DNA from: an uncultured Ktedonobacterales bacterium
Lineage (GTDB): Bacteria; Chloroflexota; Ktedonobacteria; Ktedonobacterales; Ktedonobacteraceae
Direction: 5' to 3'
Assembly (NCBI GenBank): GCA_966427955.1
Contig: CBJMBI010000001.1
Location: forward strand, 1-54,288
DNA: 54,288 bases
Shown here: one piece after another, positions 7,822 to 15,898 of the stretch
Numbering within the stretch: the stretch's first letter is position 1
How the letters are laid out: every line of letters starts with the position of its first letter
Notes under the pieces: generated by a model
What the model was told of the DNA's origin: nothing
Database searches by the model: none
The model's input: the letters and a program-made list of their open reading frames with translations, nothing else
Made by a program: the position numbers and the translations under genes

Positions 7822-8343
7822 TTGCAAAAACTTTATTTTGATAAACCCCAGTTAATGACAATTGGGACCCCCGAACCTGAACTCACTACAATTATCACTT
7901 CAACAGGTGATAAGAGGTGTCGTACTAAATCAATCGACCGAATTTTGCACGACACTCCGGGACTGCTAGATGCTCCGATTTCGTATGCAATTAGTCAACA
8001 ACCGTCCTCATCAGATCTGGCTGAATACTTGCAACGGATCGAGATCGATGGTTATGGGGAAGGGGCGATCGTTGTCCCGAAATGGCAACGAACCGAGTTT
8101 GCATATTTGTACCCACACCAATGGGGCTTGATCTATCACATTCACAAACACCCTGTTTTTGGTCCCTGGTGGGGACCTTTGCAAATAAAGTGGGGTAATA
8201 ATGAAACTGAGGGTTCCTGGGCTGAGGATCTTTATGTGATCCACGCCTGCTTGTCTAAGAATCTCATCTGCGATATCTTGGAAGCCCAGGGAGCAAAGAT
8301 CGATAAACTTCGGGAAACTGTTCAAAAATTGAAGGCTTTTTAA
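7822..8343 (+). CDS. Hypothetical protein
   Basis: 173 codons, TTG start, tight packing. No motif recognised. Confidence 0.55.
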   Translation: MQKLYFDKPQLMTIGTPEPELTTIITSTGDKRCRTKSIDRILHDTPGLLDAPISYAISQQPSSSDLAEYLQRIEIDGYGEGAIVVPKWQRTEFAYLYPHQWGLIYHIHKHPVFGPWWGPLQIKWGNNETEGSWAEDLYVIHACLSKNLICDILEAQGAKIDKLRETVQKLKAF

Positions 8344-8344
8344 T

Positions 8345-8593
8345 ATGGTCCCCACCCATGATTTTTCTCGATTCTCTGTCCTTTCAACATTTATTGTTGG
8401 ACATTCATATGTCACCGTATTTTCAAAAAAGTATTTATTTGAGGAAGTGCTTAGGAGTGTTTTTGAGTTCGTAGAGGAAGAGGATAGTACATCACTTAAA
8501 AAACCGTTTGTGTATCTCAGTGGGGTGCTTTGCAGTGAGAGTCACGCTGAATTTCTCATTGAGAATGAGTGGATTGACATCGTCTTATCTTAA
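8345..8593 (+). CDS. Hypothetical protein
   Basis: 82 aa. Starts 1 nt after the upstream stop. Confidence 0.5.
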   Translation: MVPTHDFSRFSVLSTFIVGHSYVTVFSKKYLFEEVLRSVFEFVEEEDSTSLKKPFVYLSGVLCSESHAEFLIENEWIDIVLS

Positions 8594-8611
8594 TGAAATA
8601 GGTGAATTAAA

Positions 8612-8938
8612 ATGCCTCGTAAATTGTGGTTTGTAGTTCCAGTTGAATTGGATATGGATGCAGGTAAAGGTGAAATTTATCCGGATGGAGGTGGGATAGG
8701 TGGCTTGGCAGCCGAAGGCCCGGCGGGATATTTTCTTGCCAATACCGCCAAGAAAAGTTTTGATCGAGTCTTCTACTCGCAACATGCTGCGGAAGATTAT
8801 GCACGATCACAAGCTGAGACTTCTCCAAAAACTCAATTTGGAGTGTTTGAGTGTGGAAATATCTTTGAAACAACGACTCCAACAATCATCATAAAGGAAT
8901 TCAATGATGCTGGTGAATTGCGCGTTAAAGGGACGTAA
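8612..8938 (+). CDS. Hypothetical protein
   Basis: 108 aa. AGGTGA SD upstream. Confidence 0.6.
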   Translation: MPRKLWFVVPVELDMDAGKGEIYPDGGGIGGLAAEGPAGYFLANTAKKSFDRVFYSQHAAEDYARSQAETSPKTQFGVFECGNIFETTTPTIIIKEFNDAGELRVKGT

Positions 8939-8943
8939 CTAAA

Positions 8944-9399
8944 ATGTCATCCGAAACGGTTTCTGCGCGGCTGGTGGGTGTATTTTGTTGTTGTGGGGTC
9001 AATGTTCTTGGTGATTTTGCCAATGAGGAACAAGACGATGATGTTTGGTCCGACTATGGCGACATTGAGTATTTTGAAGCATCGAGTAAGACAAGTCGAC
9101 AACGAGCATGGGAAAAACTTCTAGCAAAAGTTAGAAAATCTAACGACCCCAAGGAAGACACACAGTGGGTTAGAGGTCAATTTAACCAGAACTATAATGA
9201 TGAAGACAGGGAAAAATATAAGAAACCCTCAGTTGTCATTATGTTAAATTTTGTAAAACAAATTGGGATGGATAAGTTTGATTATCATGAATTCATGGAA
9301 GTAGTTGAAGCACAACCAGACGTCAAATTGGTGGCAGAATGGGTCAATTCGAATACAACGAATATAATTCGTACGTACATGTTGATGGGGAATGTTTAA
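8944..9399 (+). CDS. Hypothetical protein with a CCG motif (possible paralog of 6741..7571)
   Basis: 151 aa. Contains GVFCCCGVNVLGDFANE and VVIMLNFVKQ...NTTNIIRTYML. Confidence 0.55.
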   Translation: MSSETVSARLVGVFCCCGVNVLGDFANEEQDDDVWSDYGDIEYFEASSKTSRQRAWEKLLAKVRKSNDPKEDTQWVRGQFNQNYNDEDREKYKKPSVVIMLNFVKQIGMDKFDYHEFMEVVEAQPDVKLVAEWVNSNTTNIIRTYMLMGNV

Positions 9400-9401
9400 C
9401 T

Positions 9402-10088
9402 ATGATGAGTATGAATAATATGGATATGGAAAATAAGGTGTTGGTTCTTGGGCATGTGGGCATGGGTACAGGTGAAGTAGAGCCGTTTGACCAAGTCTTT
9501 AAGCAAGGAAAGCTGCTTCATAGAGATCCCAATGTTGATGGAATTGACGCGCTTGTAATTTGGGGTGGTGAAGATATCAGCCCCAGTCTATATAATGAGG
9601 AAACAAGTAAGTATACAGGGGCTTCCGATACACCATCTTATCGGGATCGAGTAGAAGTTGCGGCGGCACAAGCATGTATCGATGCCGGAATTCCGATTAT
9701 CGGTGTATGTCGTGGAGCACAATTGTTGTGTGCTCTGGCTGGAGGAAAATTAATCCAACATGTGAACCATCATACACGGGACCATTTTATTCGTACCAAC
9801 GACGGGCGACGGATCATGTCCTCCTCGGTACACCATCAAATGATGTACCCGTTTGATGTAGAACATGAATTGTTGGCTTGGTCGGATGTGCGTCAATCGA
9901 ATGTGTATATTGTTGGAGACGATTCGAATTTCGAAACGATGTATGATTATGAGGAACCTGAAGTTGTGTGGTTCCCGAAGATCAAAGGTTTGGCTATCCA
10001 AGGTCATCCGGAATTCCACATGAATCCGGAAATCGATCCCTTTGTACAGTATTGTATCGAACTGGTGAAGAAATATGTCGTGGCCTGA
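9402..10088 (+). CDS. Class-I glutamine amidotransferase-like / peptidase C26 (gamma-glutamyl hydrolase, PuuD-like)
   Basis: Nucleophile-elbow context IIGVCRGAQLL, and a His context AIQGHPEF. The start is chosen at ATG 9402 within track ORF 9339..10088. Confidence 0.8.
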   Translation: MMSMNNMDMENKVLVLGHVGMGTGEVEPFDQVFKQGKLLHRDPNVDGIDALVIWGGEDISPSLYNEETSKYTGASDTPSYRDRVEVAAAQACIDAGIPIIGVCRGAQLLCALAGGKLIQHVNHHTRDHFIRTNDGRRIMSSSVHHQMMYPFDVEHELLAWSDVRQSNVYIVGDDSNFETMYDYEEPEVVWFPKIKGLAIQGHPEFHMNPEIDPFVQYCIELVKKYVVA

Positions 10089-10140
10089 GTGCATTGCCTT
10101 CTGTGTGTTTATTATCGTAATTTTCTGGAGTTAATTTAAA

Positions 10141-10911
10141 ATGTTGACAAATCTTGGTTGTGATCCGGAAGTGTTTCTTGTAGACAACACGGGTAAGTTT
10201 ATTTCGTCTGTTGGTCTTATTGGGGGTTCCAAAGATGCGCCGATGCCCATCGACGATCTGGGAAATGCGGTCCAGGAAGATAACGTGGCCGTCGAATTTA
10301 ACACTCCACCGTGCAGCACTAAGGAGATGTTCATTGAGAACATTCGAAAAAATAAGGAGTGGCTTGCCCAGAAAGCGAAGAGTTTGCAATTATCGGTGGC
10401 GATCACGCCGTCCGCGATTCTAGACGATGATCAATTGCAGACACGGGCCGCTCAAACATTCGGCTGTGAACCTGATTTCAATGCGTGGAAAGGTGGGCGT
10501 ATGAATCCCCGTCCTCGTGCAATGAACCCGAATCTTCGTTCGTGTGGTGGGCACATTCACATTGAATTGCCAGAGTTTGTAGACAAGTGTTTGGTTGTTC
10601 AATGGATGGATCTTTATGTTGGTTGTTTGATGTTGGAATTTGATGATGACACGGCGCGCAGGCAGCTCTATGGTCGGCCTGGGGCTTTTCGTCCTAAGTC
10701 CTATGGCGTGGAGTATCGCACAGTTTCGAATCGTTGGATTGAAGATGATGAAAAGATTTCGTGGATCTGGGATCAAACAGACAAGGCAGTAGATCAGGCA
10801 ATGATGGGCAGAACATTCACGGAAGAACAGGCCCAAAAGATTCAACAGTGTTTGAATACCAGTGACTTGAAGTTACTTGAAGAACTCAAGACGGAGTTTG
10901 AGTTGGTATGA
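10141..10911 (+). CDS. COOH-NH2 ligase, phage phiEco32-like type 2 (GCS2 / glutamine-synthetase-like amidoligase)
   Basis: Motifs GCDPEVFLV, RSCGGHIHIE and YGVEYRTVSNRW, recalled as characteristic of this phage amidoligase family. Confidence 0.7.
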   Translation: MLTNLGCDPEVFLVDNTGKFISSVGLIGGSKDAPMPIDDLGNAVQEDNVAVEFNTPPCSTKEMFIENIRKNKEWLAQKAKSLQLSVAITPSAILDDDQLQTRAAQTFGCEPDFNAWKGGRMNPRPRAMNPNLRSCGGHIHIELPEFVDKCLVVQWMDLYVGCLMLEFDDDTARRQLYGRPGAFRPKSYGVEYRTVSNRWIEDDEKISWIWDQTDKAVDQAMMGRTFTEEQAQKIQQCLNTSDLKLLEELKTEFELV

Positions 10912-11531
10912 ATAACGAACAAATCCTTAACGATTTTCGACGGCGTTATGAGTCAACATATGTTGGCTTGAAACTTCAAAAGGAAAATCGGGAAGTTCTT
11001 GCACATATTGACGTAATCAATTATCATCCCAGTAAGATTGGGATATTAGAGATTACAACCGAAGAATTTGGGAAGTTATCCCTGAATCTTGGGTCAAGCG
11101 GACACTCCTTAATCTTCCATTATCCTAAGACCGGGGTATTCCAATATGGAAGGGAAGCTTGTATTTTTACACGAGAACCTCGTCGACAATACAAACGTGG
11201 ATTGTGTCCGGATAATTCAAATCTTGTTAACACTACGGTAAGAGTATTCGGGAATCTAATTCCATTTAGATTTGCAGCTATTGCCGCCGCATTCAAGCAT
11301 CAAACGTATACTTTGCCGCAAGCATTAGCAATGCTGCAAAATGGTACAGCCCGTAGTGTTGCTTTAGAAAATGATTTTTCAATTTCATTATCACTAACTC
11401 GTGATAAGAAAACATATTTATTATGGTATTGCACCACCATTATTGGAGAATGTGATTCACAGGGAACATTACTTAATGTATTTGAACCGATTTATAAGCA
11501 GCAATTGGAACAATTAATTTACAGAATGTAA
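10908..11531 (+). CDS. Hypothetical protein embedded in the ligase operon
   Basis: 207 aa. ATGA overlap with the upstream ligase. No motif recognised. Confidence 0.6.
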   Translation: MNNEQILNDFRRRYESTYVGLKLQKENREVLAHIDVINYHPSKIGILEITTEEFGKLSLNLGSSGHSLIFHYPKTGVFQYGREACIFTREPRRQYKRGLCPDNSNLVNTTVRVFGNLIPFRFAAIAAAFKHQTYTLPQALAMLQNGTARSVALENDFSISLSLTRDKKTYLLWYCTTIIGECDSQGTLLNVFEPIYKQQLEQLIYRM

Positions 11532-11540
11532 AGTCCTATT

Positions 11541-12437
11541 ATGACAACACCATTGGCTATCTGGGGATTAAAAGCTGTAAAGGCAATTGCGCCGGCGCAA
11601 CGGTTTCTTTCTCCGAAAAATATTCAACTACCTGTGATTGACTCGTCTCAAGTCCTGGGTATTGAGGTTGAAGTTGAAAATCAGTCTGTCATAGAAGGTG
11701 CGGAAATTTCGCGGATTTGGACTATCAAAGATGACGGGTCACTACGGAACAATGGTGCAGAGTGGGTTTCCGCTCCAATGATGGCATCATATGTCCCGGC
11801 AGCGATTCATAATCTTTTTTCGCAACTATCGCCTGATTGCTGTTTCGGTCCACGTACCAGCATCCATGTGCATTTAAATATGCAAGATTGGGAAGAGGAA
11901 CAGATTCAGAATTTGGTTCTCTGGTATTGTGTGTTTGAGAGAATTTTTTATCGATTCACGGGTCGACATCGGCAAGAGAATATTTATTGTGTTCCTTTAT
12001 TGGATACAAACCTCTTAGCTCATCTTAAATCCTATTCGATTTCGAGTTGGGTCGACCGCTGGTCAAAATACACCGGATTGAATTTGATTCCTCTCACAAA
12101 TTACGGGACGATTGAATTCCGGCATATGCATGGTACTTTTAAAACCGAAAAGATTTGTGTGTGGGTGCGAATCTTATGTCGGTTGTGTGAGTTTGTGAAG
12201 AACCATACTCCTGAGTACCATCAAAGTACCTTAATGAGTTTGGATTCAAATAGCAGTGAACTCTCAAATATTTTCAATGAGATTTTTAAAGAAGAGCTAT
12301 CATATTTGAAGACAGTAAATTTAGGAGAAGACACAGTAGAACCTATTCTACGAATGAAATCGGCATTCACTCCAGAGCCGATTCCCCGTCAAGTAGATGT
12401 TGATTTTCGGATTAGTCCTTATATTTTGTTTAAATAA
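11541..12437 (+). CDS. Putative amidoligase (Amidoligase_2-like)
   Basis: Motifs LGIEVEVEN, DGSLRNNGAEWVS, SIHVHLN and YGTIEFRHMHGT. Confidence 0.7.
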   Translation: MTTPLAIWGLKAVKAIAPAQRFLSPKNIQLPVIDSSQVLGIEVEVENQSVIEGAEISRIWTIKDDGSLRNNGAEWVSAPMMASYVPAAIHNLFSQLSPDCCFGPRTSIHVHLNMQDWEEEQIQNLVLWYCVFERIFYRFTGRHRQENIYCVPLLDTNLLAHLKSYSISSWVDRWSKYTGLNLIPLTNYGTIEFRHMHGTFKTEKICVWVRILCRLCEFVKNHTPEYHQSTLMSLDSNSSELSNIFNEIFKEELSYLKTVNLGEDTVEPILRMKSAFTPEPIPRQVDVDFRISPYILFK

Positions 12438-12451
12438 CAGGTACAAAAATT

Positions 12452-14119
12452 ATGTGTGGTATTGTTGGCCTAATTAATCGAACCAAACAAAATTTCACAA
12501 CTCGTGATACTGAGTTACTTGAACAACTGCTTATCGTAGATTCACTGCGTGGGAAAGATTCGGTGGGTGTTTTTAATACCTATCGTAATAACCAAGTAGA
12601 AGCAATCAAACTCGGTAGTAATGTGTTTAATCTACTTCGCTGTCACGAGTGGGCACCGTTCAAAGAACGTATCCAAAAACGGGCTCGCTTTGTGATTGGG
12701 CACAATCGTGCGGCAACTCGTGGATCAGTTACTACAGAGAATGCCCATCCCTTTGCTGAAGATAATATCATGCTGGTCCATAATGGTACGTTATGGAACC
12801 ATGAGGTTTTGACCACTAAGAATTTTGAAGTGGATAGCCAAGCCATTGCACATGCTTTGTCCCAATCCACTCCTGAGAAAGTTCTCCCGTCGTTAATGGG
12901 AGCATTTGCCTTGGTTTGGTACGACACCACAAAGAAAAAGTTGTTCGCAATCAGAAATAAAGAACGTCCGCTTTGCTTGATCCGGACCCGGGAAATGTAT
13001 GTAATCTCATCGGAACCTGCAATCGCTGCTGTTCCAATTACTCGACAAGATCGTAAGATTGAATCGATTGATGAAATTCCGCCGTGGACTTTATTTGAAT
13101 TCTCTATGGATGGGGAGCTTCAAACCCGTGAGATTGAGGAATACGTAACTCGTGTGTATCACTCGAATCATCACTACCACGGAAATAAGTATATGGACTC
13201 GATTCACGAAGCCATCCATGAAATGGACGAAGATAATACGGCTGGATGGGGTACTGATTGTTGTGGTGATGTAACCGATGATCAAGTGGGAGGTATGGTT
13301 GACGCCCCTTTTGTCGAAGAGGGTTCGACGGGAACGAAGACTTGCGCCCTGACATCGCCCTCAAAAAACAACGACAGCGACAAAAACGCGACTGGAATTA
13401 AAAAGTCGGTACAAGATTTAGATGCCCAAGCATTTAATAACACGCGACAATTACATGTCGCTCATGAAACATTACAACGTGGGCGATTGGTGTTATTCAA
13501 GGTAATTGAAATTCGTCCAAATGAAGTATCCGGGCAACGACAATTTAGAGGTAAACTGCACGAAGCTGGCGAACTATTGTATGATGTAGTTGGTTGTTTC
13601 CCAGAAGGAACAACCTTAAAAGAACTAGAAGCACAGTGGTTGGGTAAGTATTGCATGGGCCGAGTGCATTATGTAACTGAATCAATCGGCGGGATTAGTG
13701 CTTATCTGGTGAATACCCATTTGGCTACGATGACCACTTGTTTTGGTAATCAACGTATCCCGCTGGCTGCGTGGAGCATAGCATTGTCAAAATGCAAATG
13801 TTATAAATGTAACGCCACCATTAAGGGACTGGATAAAGATTTTACACAGATTAATGTCCGTAATTTACTGGAGAATTCGTCCACTGATCCACGTAATGAT
13901 ATCCAGGTAATGTGTGCAGATTGTATTGAGAATACATTAACAAAACAACTAAAAGAGGAATTCATTGAAAAACGCAACGACGTCTGGCAAAGGGCGGGCT
14001 ACGGTAGCCCGTACCCCAATCGTAATTCTTCCGTACAAACAGGAGAGCAGGTCGGCAAAGGCACTAGCACAACGAATGGAAAGTCTATTGAACTACCGGG
14101 TTCGGAGACGATCCAGTGA
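12452..14119 (+). CDS. Class-II (Ntn) glutamine amidotransferase domain fused to an unassigned Cys-rich C-terminal half
   Basis: N-terminus MCGIVG (Cys nucleophile), then GHNRAATRG, HPF and HNGTLWN. The C-terminal ~300 aa are unknown and contain CKCYKC...CADC. Confidence 0.8.
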   Translation: MCGIVGLINRTKQNFTTRDTELLEQLLIVDSLRGKDSVGVFNTYRNNQVEAIKLGSNVFNLLRCHEWAPFKERIQKRARFVIGHNRAATRGSVTTENAHPFAEDNIMLVHNGTLWNHEVLTTKNFEVDSQAIAHALSQSTPEKVLPSLMGAFALVWYDTTKKKLFAIRNKERPLCLIRTREMYVISSEPAIAAVPITRQDRKIESIDEIPPWTLFEFSMDGELQTREIEEYVTRVYHSNHHYHGNKYMDSIHEAIHEMDEDNTAGWGTDCCGDVTDDQVGGMVDAPFVEEGSTGTKTCALTSPSKNNDSDKNATGIKKSVQDLDAQAFNNTRQLHVAHETLQRGRLVLFKVIEIRPNEVSGQRQFRGKLHEAGELLYDVVGCFPEGTTLKELEAQWLGKYCMGRVHYVTESIGGISAYLVNTHLATMTTCFGNQRIPLAAWSIALSKCKCYKCNATIKGLDKDFTQINVRNLLENSSTDPRNDIQVMCADCIENTLTKQLKEEFIEKRNDVWQRAGYGSPYPNRNSSVQTGEQVGKGTSTTNGKSIELPGSETIQ

Positions 14120-14798
14120 ACGTACCGATTTTGAAGCCAAGTCTTGGCACCAGTTTATTAATTGGGGAAGTAGCCGGACTATCAACACAAAGACCAATTT
14201 AGTTATCAATCCGCCAGAAGTTGTGCAACGGGCAGGTAATAAACTGCTGACGTTTCAAGCTTTACAAAATAAAGAAGGGATTAATATCCCAGAGTTTACA
14301 ACGGATCGGGGTGTTGCAAGTGGATGGATTGGAACTGGTAAATCTACTGTTGTTTGTCGTACTAAGTTGTCTGGTCATAGTGGTGACGGTATTGTTCTTG
14401 CATCTACGGAAGATCAAATTGTTGATGCTCCATTGTATGTCAAGTATGTTAAAAAGCAGAGAGAGTTCCGAATCCACGTCAGTTTTGGAGAAGTGATTGA
14501 TGTTCAAGAGAAACGAAAACGTCGGGATTTGCCGGAGGAGTTTTCGACAAACTTTCAGGTGCGTAATCATCACACCGGATGGGTCTATTGTCGTGAAAAC
14601 GTGGAACTCTCGGAAGATGCAACAAGAATGGCTGTTGAGGCTTGCCGACAATTGGGACTCGATTTTGGTGCTGTTGACATCATCTATAACGCCAGACAAA
14701 ACTTGTATTACGTGTTGGAAGTTAACACCGCACCGGGCCTTGAAGGAACAACCGTTGACAAATATGCTGAATCTTTTGTAAAGAAATTATCCTTATGA
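13965..14798 (+). CDS. ATP-grasp ligase (RimK/LysX-like)
   Basis: TTG start with AAGAGGA 5 nt upstream. Contains INWGSS, KLSGHSGDGIVL, YVKKQREFRIHV and YYVLEVNTAPGL. Overlaps the upstream gene by 155 nt in another frame. Confidence 0.75.
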   Translation: MKNATTSGKGRATVARTPIVILPYKQESRSAKALAQRMESLLNYRVRRRSSERTDFEAKSWHQFINWGSSRTINTKTNLVINPPEVVQRAGNKLLTFQALQNKEGINIPEFTTDRGVASGWIGTGKSTVVCRTKLSGHSGDGIVLASTEDQIVDAPLYVKYVKKQREFRIHVSFGEVIDVQEKRKRRDLPEEFSTNFQVRNHHTGWVYCRENVELSEDATRMAVEACRQLGLDFGAVDIIYNARQNLYYVLEVNTAPGLEGTTVDKYAESFVKKLSL

Positions 14799-15337
14799 AA
14801 AAAGTTCTAGGTGATATCTGGATCGAAGAGATTCCAGAGAATGGGGAAATTCATTGTGGATTTGTCCAGCAATTCATAGATGAAAACTTAGCAGAATGTT
14901 TTCACATTGTTCCAGCAGACATTGCCAAAACTCATAAAGAAAATCCGATGTTGGTCGTCGAAACTAATACCGGATTGCAGAGTATTAATGCACCAATTGA
15001 TGGTCATATTCTGTTCTTTAATGACAAAGCCCGGGATTTTCCGGAACAGTTAGTTGAAGAGGATGTGGTACTCGGTATCCTGACGATTGAGGAATATAAA
15101 AAACGAAGGGCGACTGTTCCAGCAAAACCGGCACTGGGACCAGCACCGACGCTAAATGATGAGGGTCTCCAGGCTCTTATTAATGGTCAACTAAGGAACC
15201 TACGGGTTAATATAATGCCACCAGTGCGGCCGGCTGCTCCCCGAGGATGGAATTGGGATCCGCAACTGGAGGAAGTAGAGGCGAATAATCGCAATCTGTG
15301 GCCCGATGACGCTGACGATAATGACAACGAAGAATAA
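14795..15337 (+). CDS. GcvH-like (lipoyl/biotinyl-type barrel) protein that lacks the swinging-arm lysine, with a Pro-rich linker and an acidic C-terminal tail
   Basis: VVETNTGLQSINAPIDGHILFFNDKARDFPEQLV aligns by eye with the GcvH segment [33 protein letters not shown] (K replaced by T). The C-terminus is ...DDADDNDNEE. ATGA overlap with the ATP-grasp gene. Confidence 0.45.
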   Translation: MKKVLGDIWIEEIPENGEIHCGFVQQFIDENLAECFHIVPADIAKTHKENPMLVVETNTGLQSINAPIDGHILFFNDKARDFPEQLVEEDVVLGILTIEEYKKRRATVPAKPALGPAPTLNDEGLQALINGQLRNLRVNIMPPVRPAAPRGWNWDPQLEEVEANNRNLWPDDADDNDNEE

Positions 15338-15366
15338 TTACTACTATAACAATAACGAGAGTTTTG

Positions 15367-15621
15367 ATGCGATGCTTAAGCTGTAATCGTCGATTGAATG
15401 ACAAGGAAGCTACACGTAAATACAGTAACAGTGGGGAATATATTGATCTTTGTGATCGTTGTTTCGGTTACATTGCTGATGATGTTCCTGATGTTGACGA
15501 ACCACTAGGGAGTAGTGTCTACGATGATATTGATGATGGCGCTGGCGGTGAACTGGTGGGACGCGACAGTGAAATCGATGGCTTCTACGGAGAAACAGGA
15601 GACAGTAATGAGCAGTGGTAA
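15367..15621 (+). CDS. Zinc-ribbon protein with a strongly acidic C-terminal half
   Basis: MRCLSCNRRL...CDRC, then DDVPDVDEPLGSSVYDDIDDGAGGE...GDSNEQW. GAGAG box 7 nt upstream. Confidence 0.55.
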   Translation: MRCLSCNRRLNDKEATRKYSNSGEYIDLCDRCFGYIADDVPDVDEPLGSSVYDDIDDGAGGELVGRDSEIDGFYGETGDSNEQW

Positions 15622-15898
15622 GGTCACCTGTAAGCAATGTAAAAAGCAATTCTCTTTTGAAGAATGGAATTCAAATAAAGTTTGTGATAATGAAAATTGT
15701 CAACGACCGTGTGCTCAAACGTCAATGCAAATGGCGAAGAAAGTAATTCATCAAATCCAAGAAAACTTAAGGAATAATATCGAAGTAAAGTACAACGATA
15801 TTCCTAACAATTACAATGATGAATCTAAATCATTGTATTATTATGAAGTACCACAAGTCATGGTCACATTGGTAACACCTAAGAACCGGAAGGGGTAA
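15608..15898 (+). CDS. Zinc-ribbon protein
   Basis: ATG 15608 with GGAGA upstream. MSSGKVTCKQCKKQ...CDNENC. Confidence 0.5.
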   Translation: MSSGKVTCKQCKKQFSFEEWNSNKVCDNENCQRPCAQTSMQMAKKVIHQIQENLRNNIEVKYNDIPNNYNDESKSLYYYEVPQVMVTLVTPKNRKG

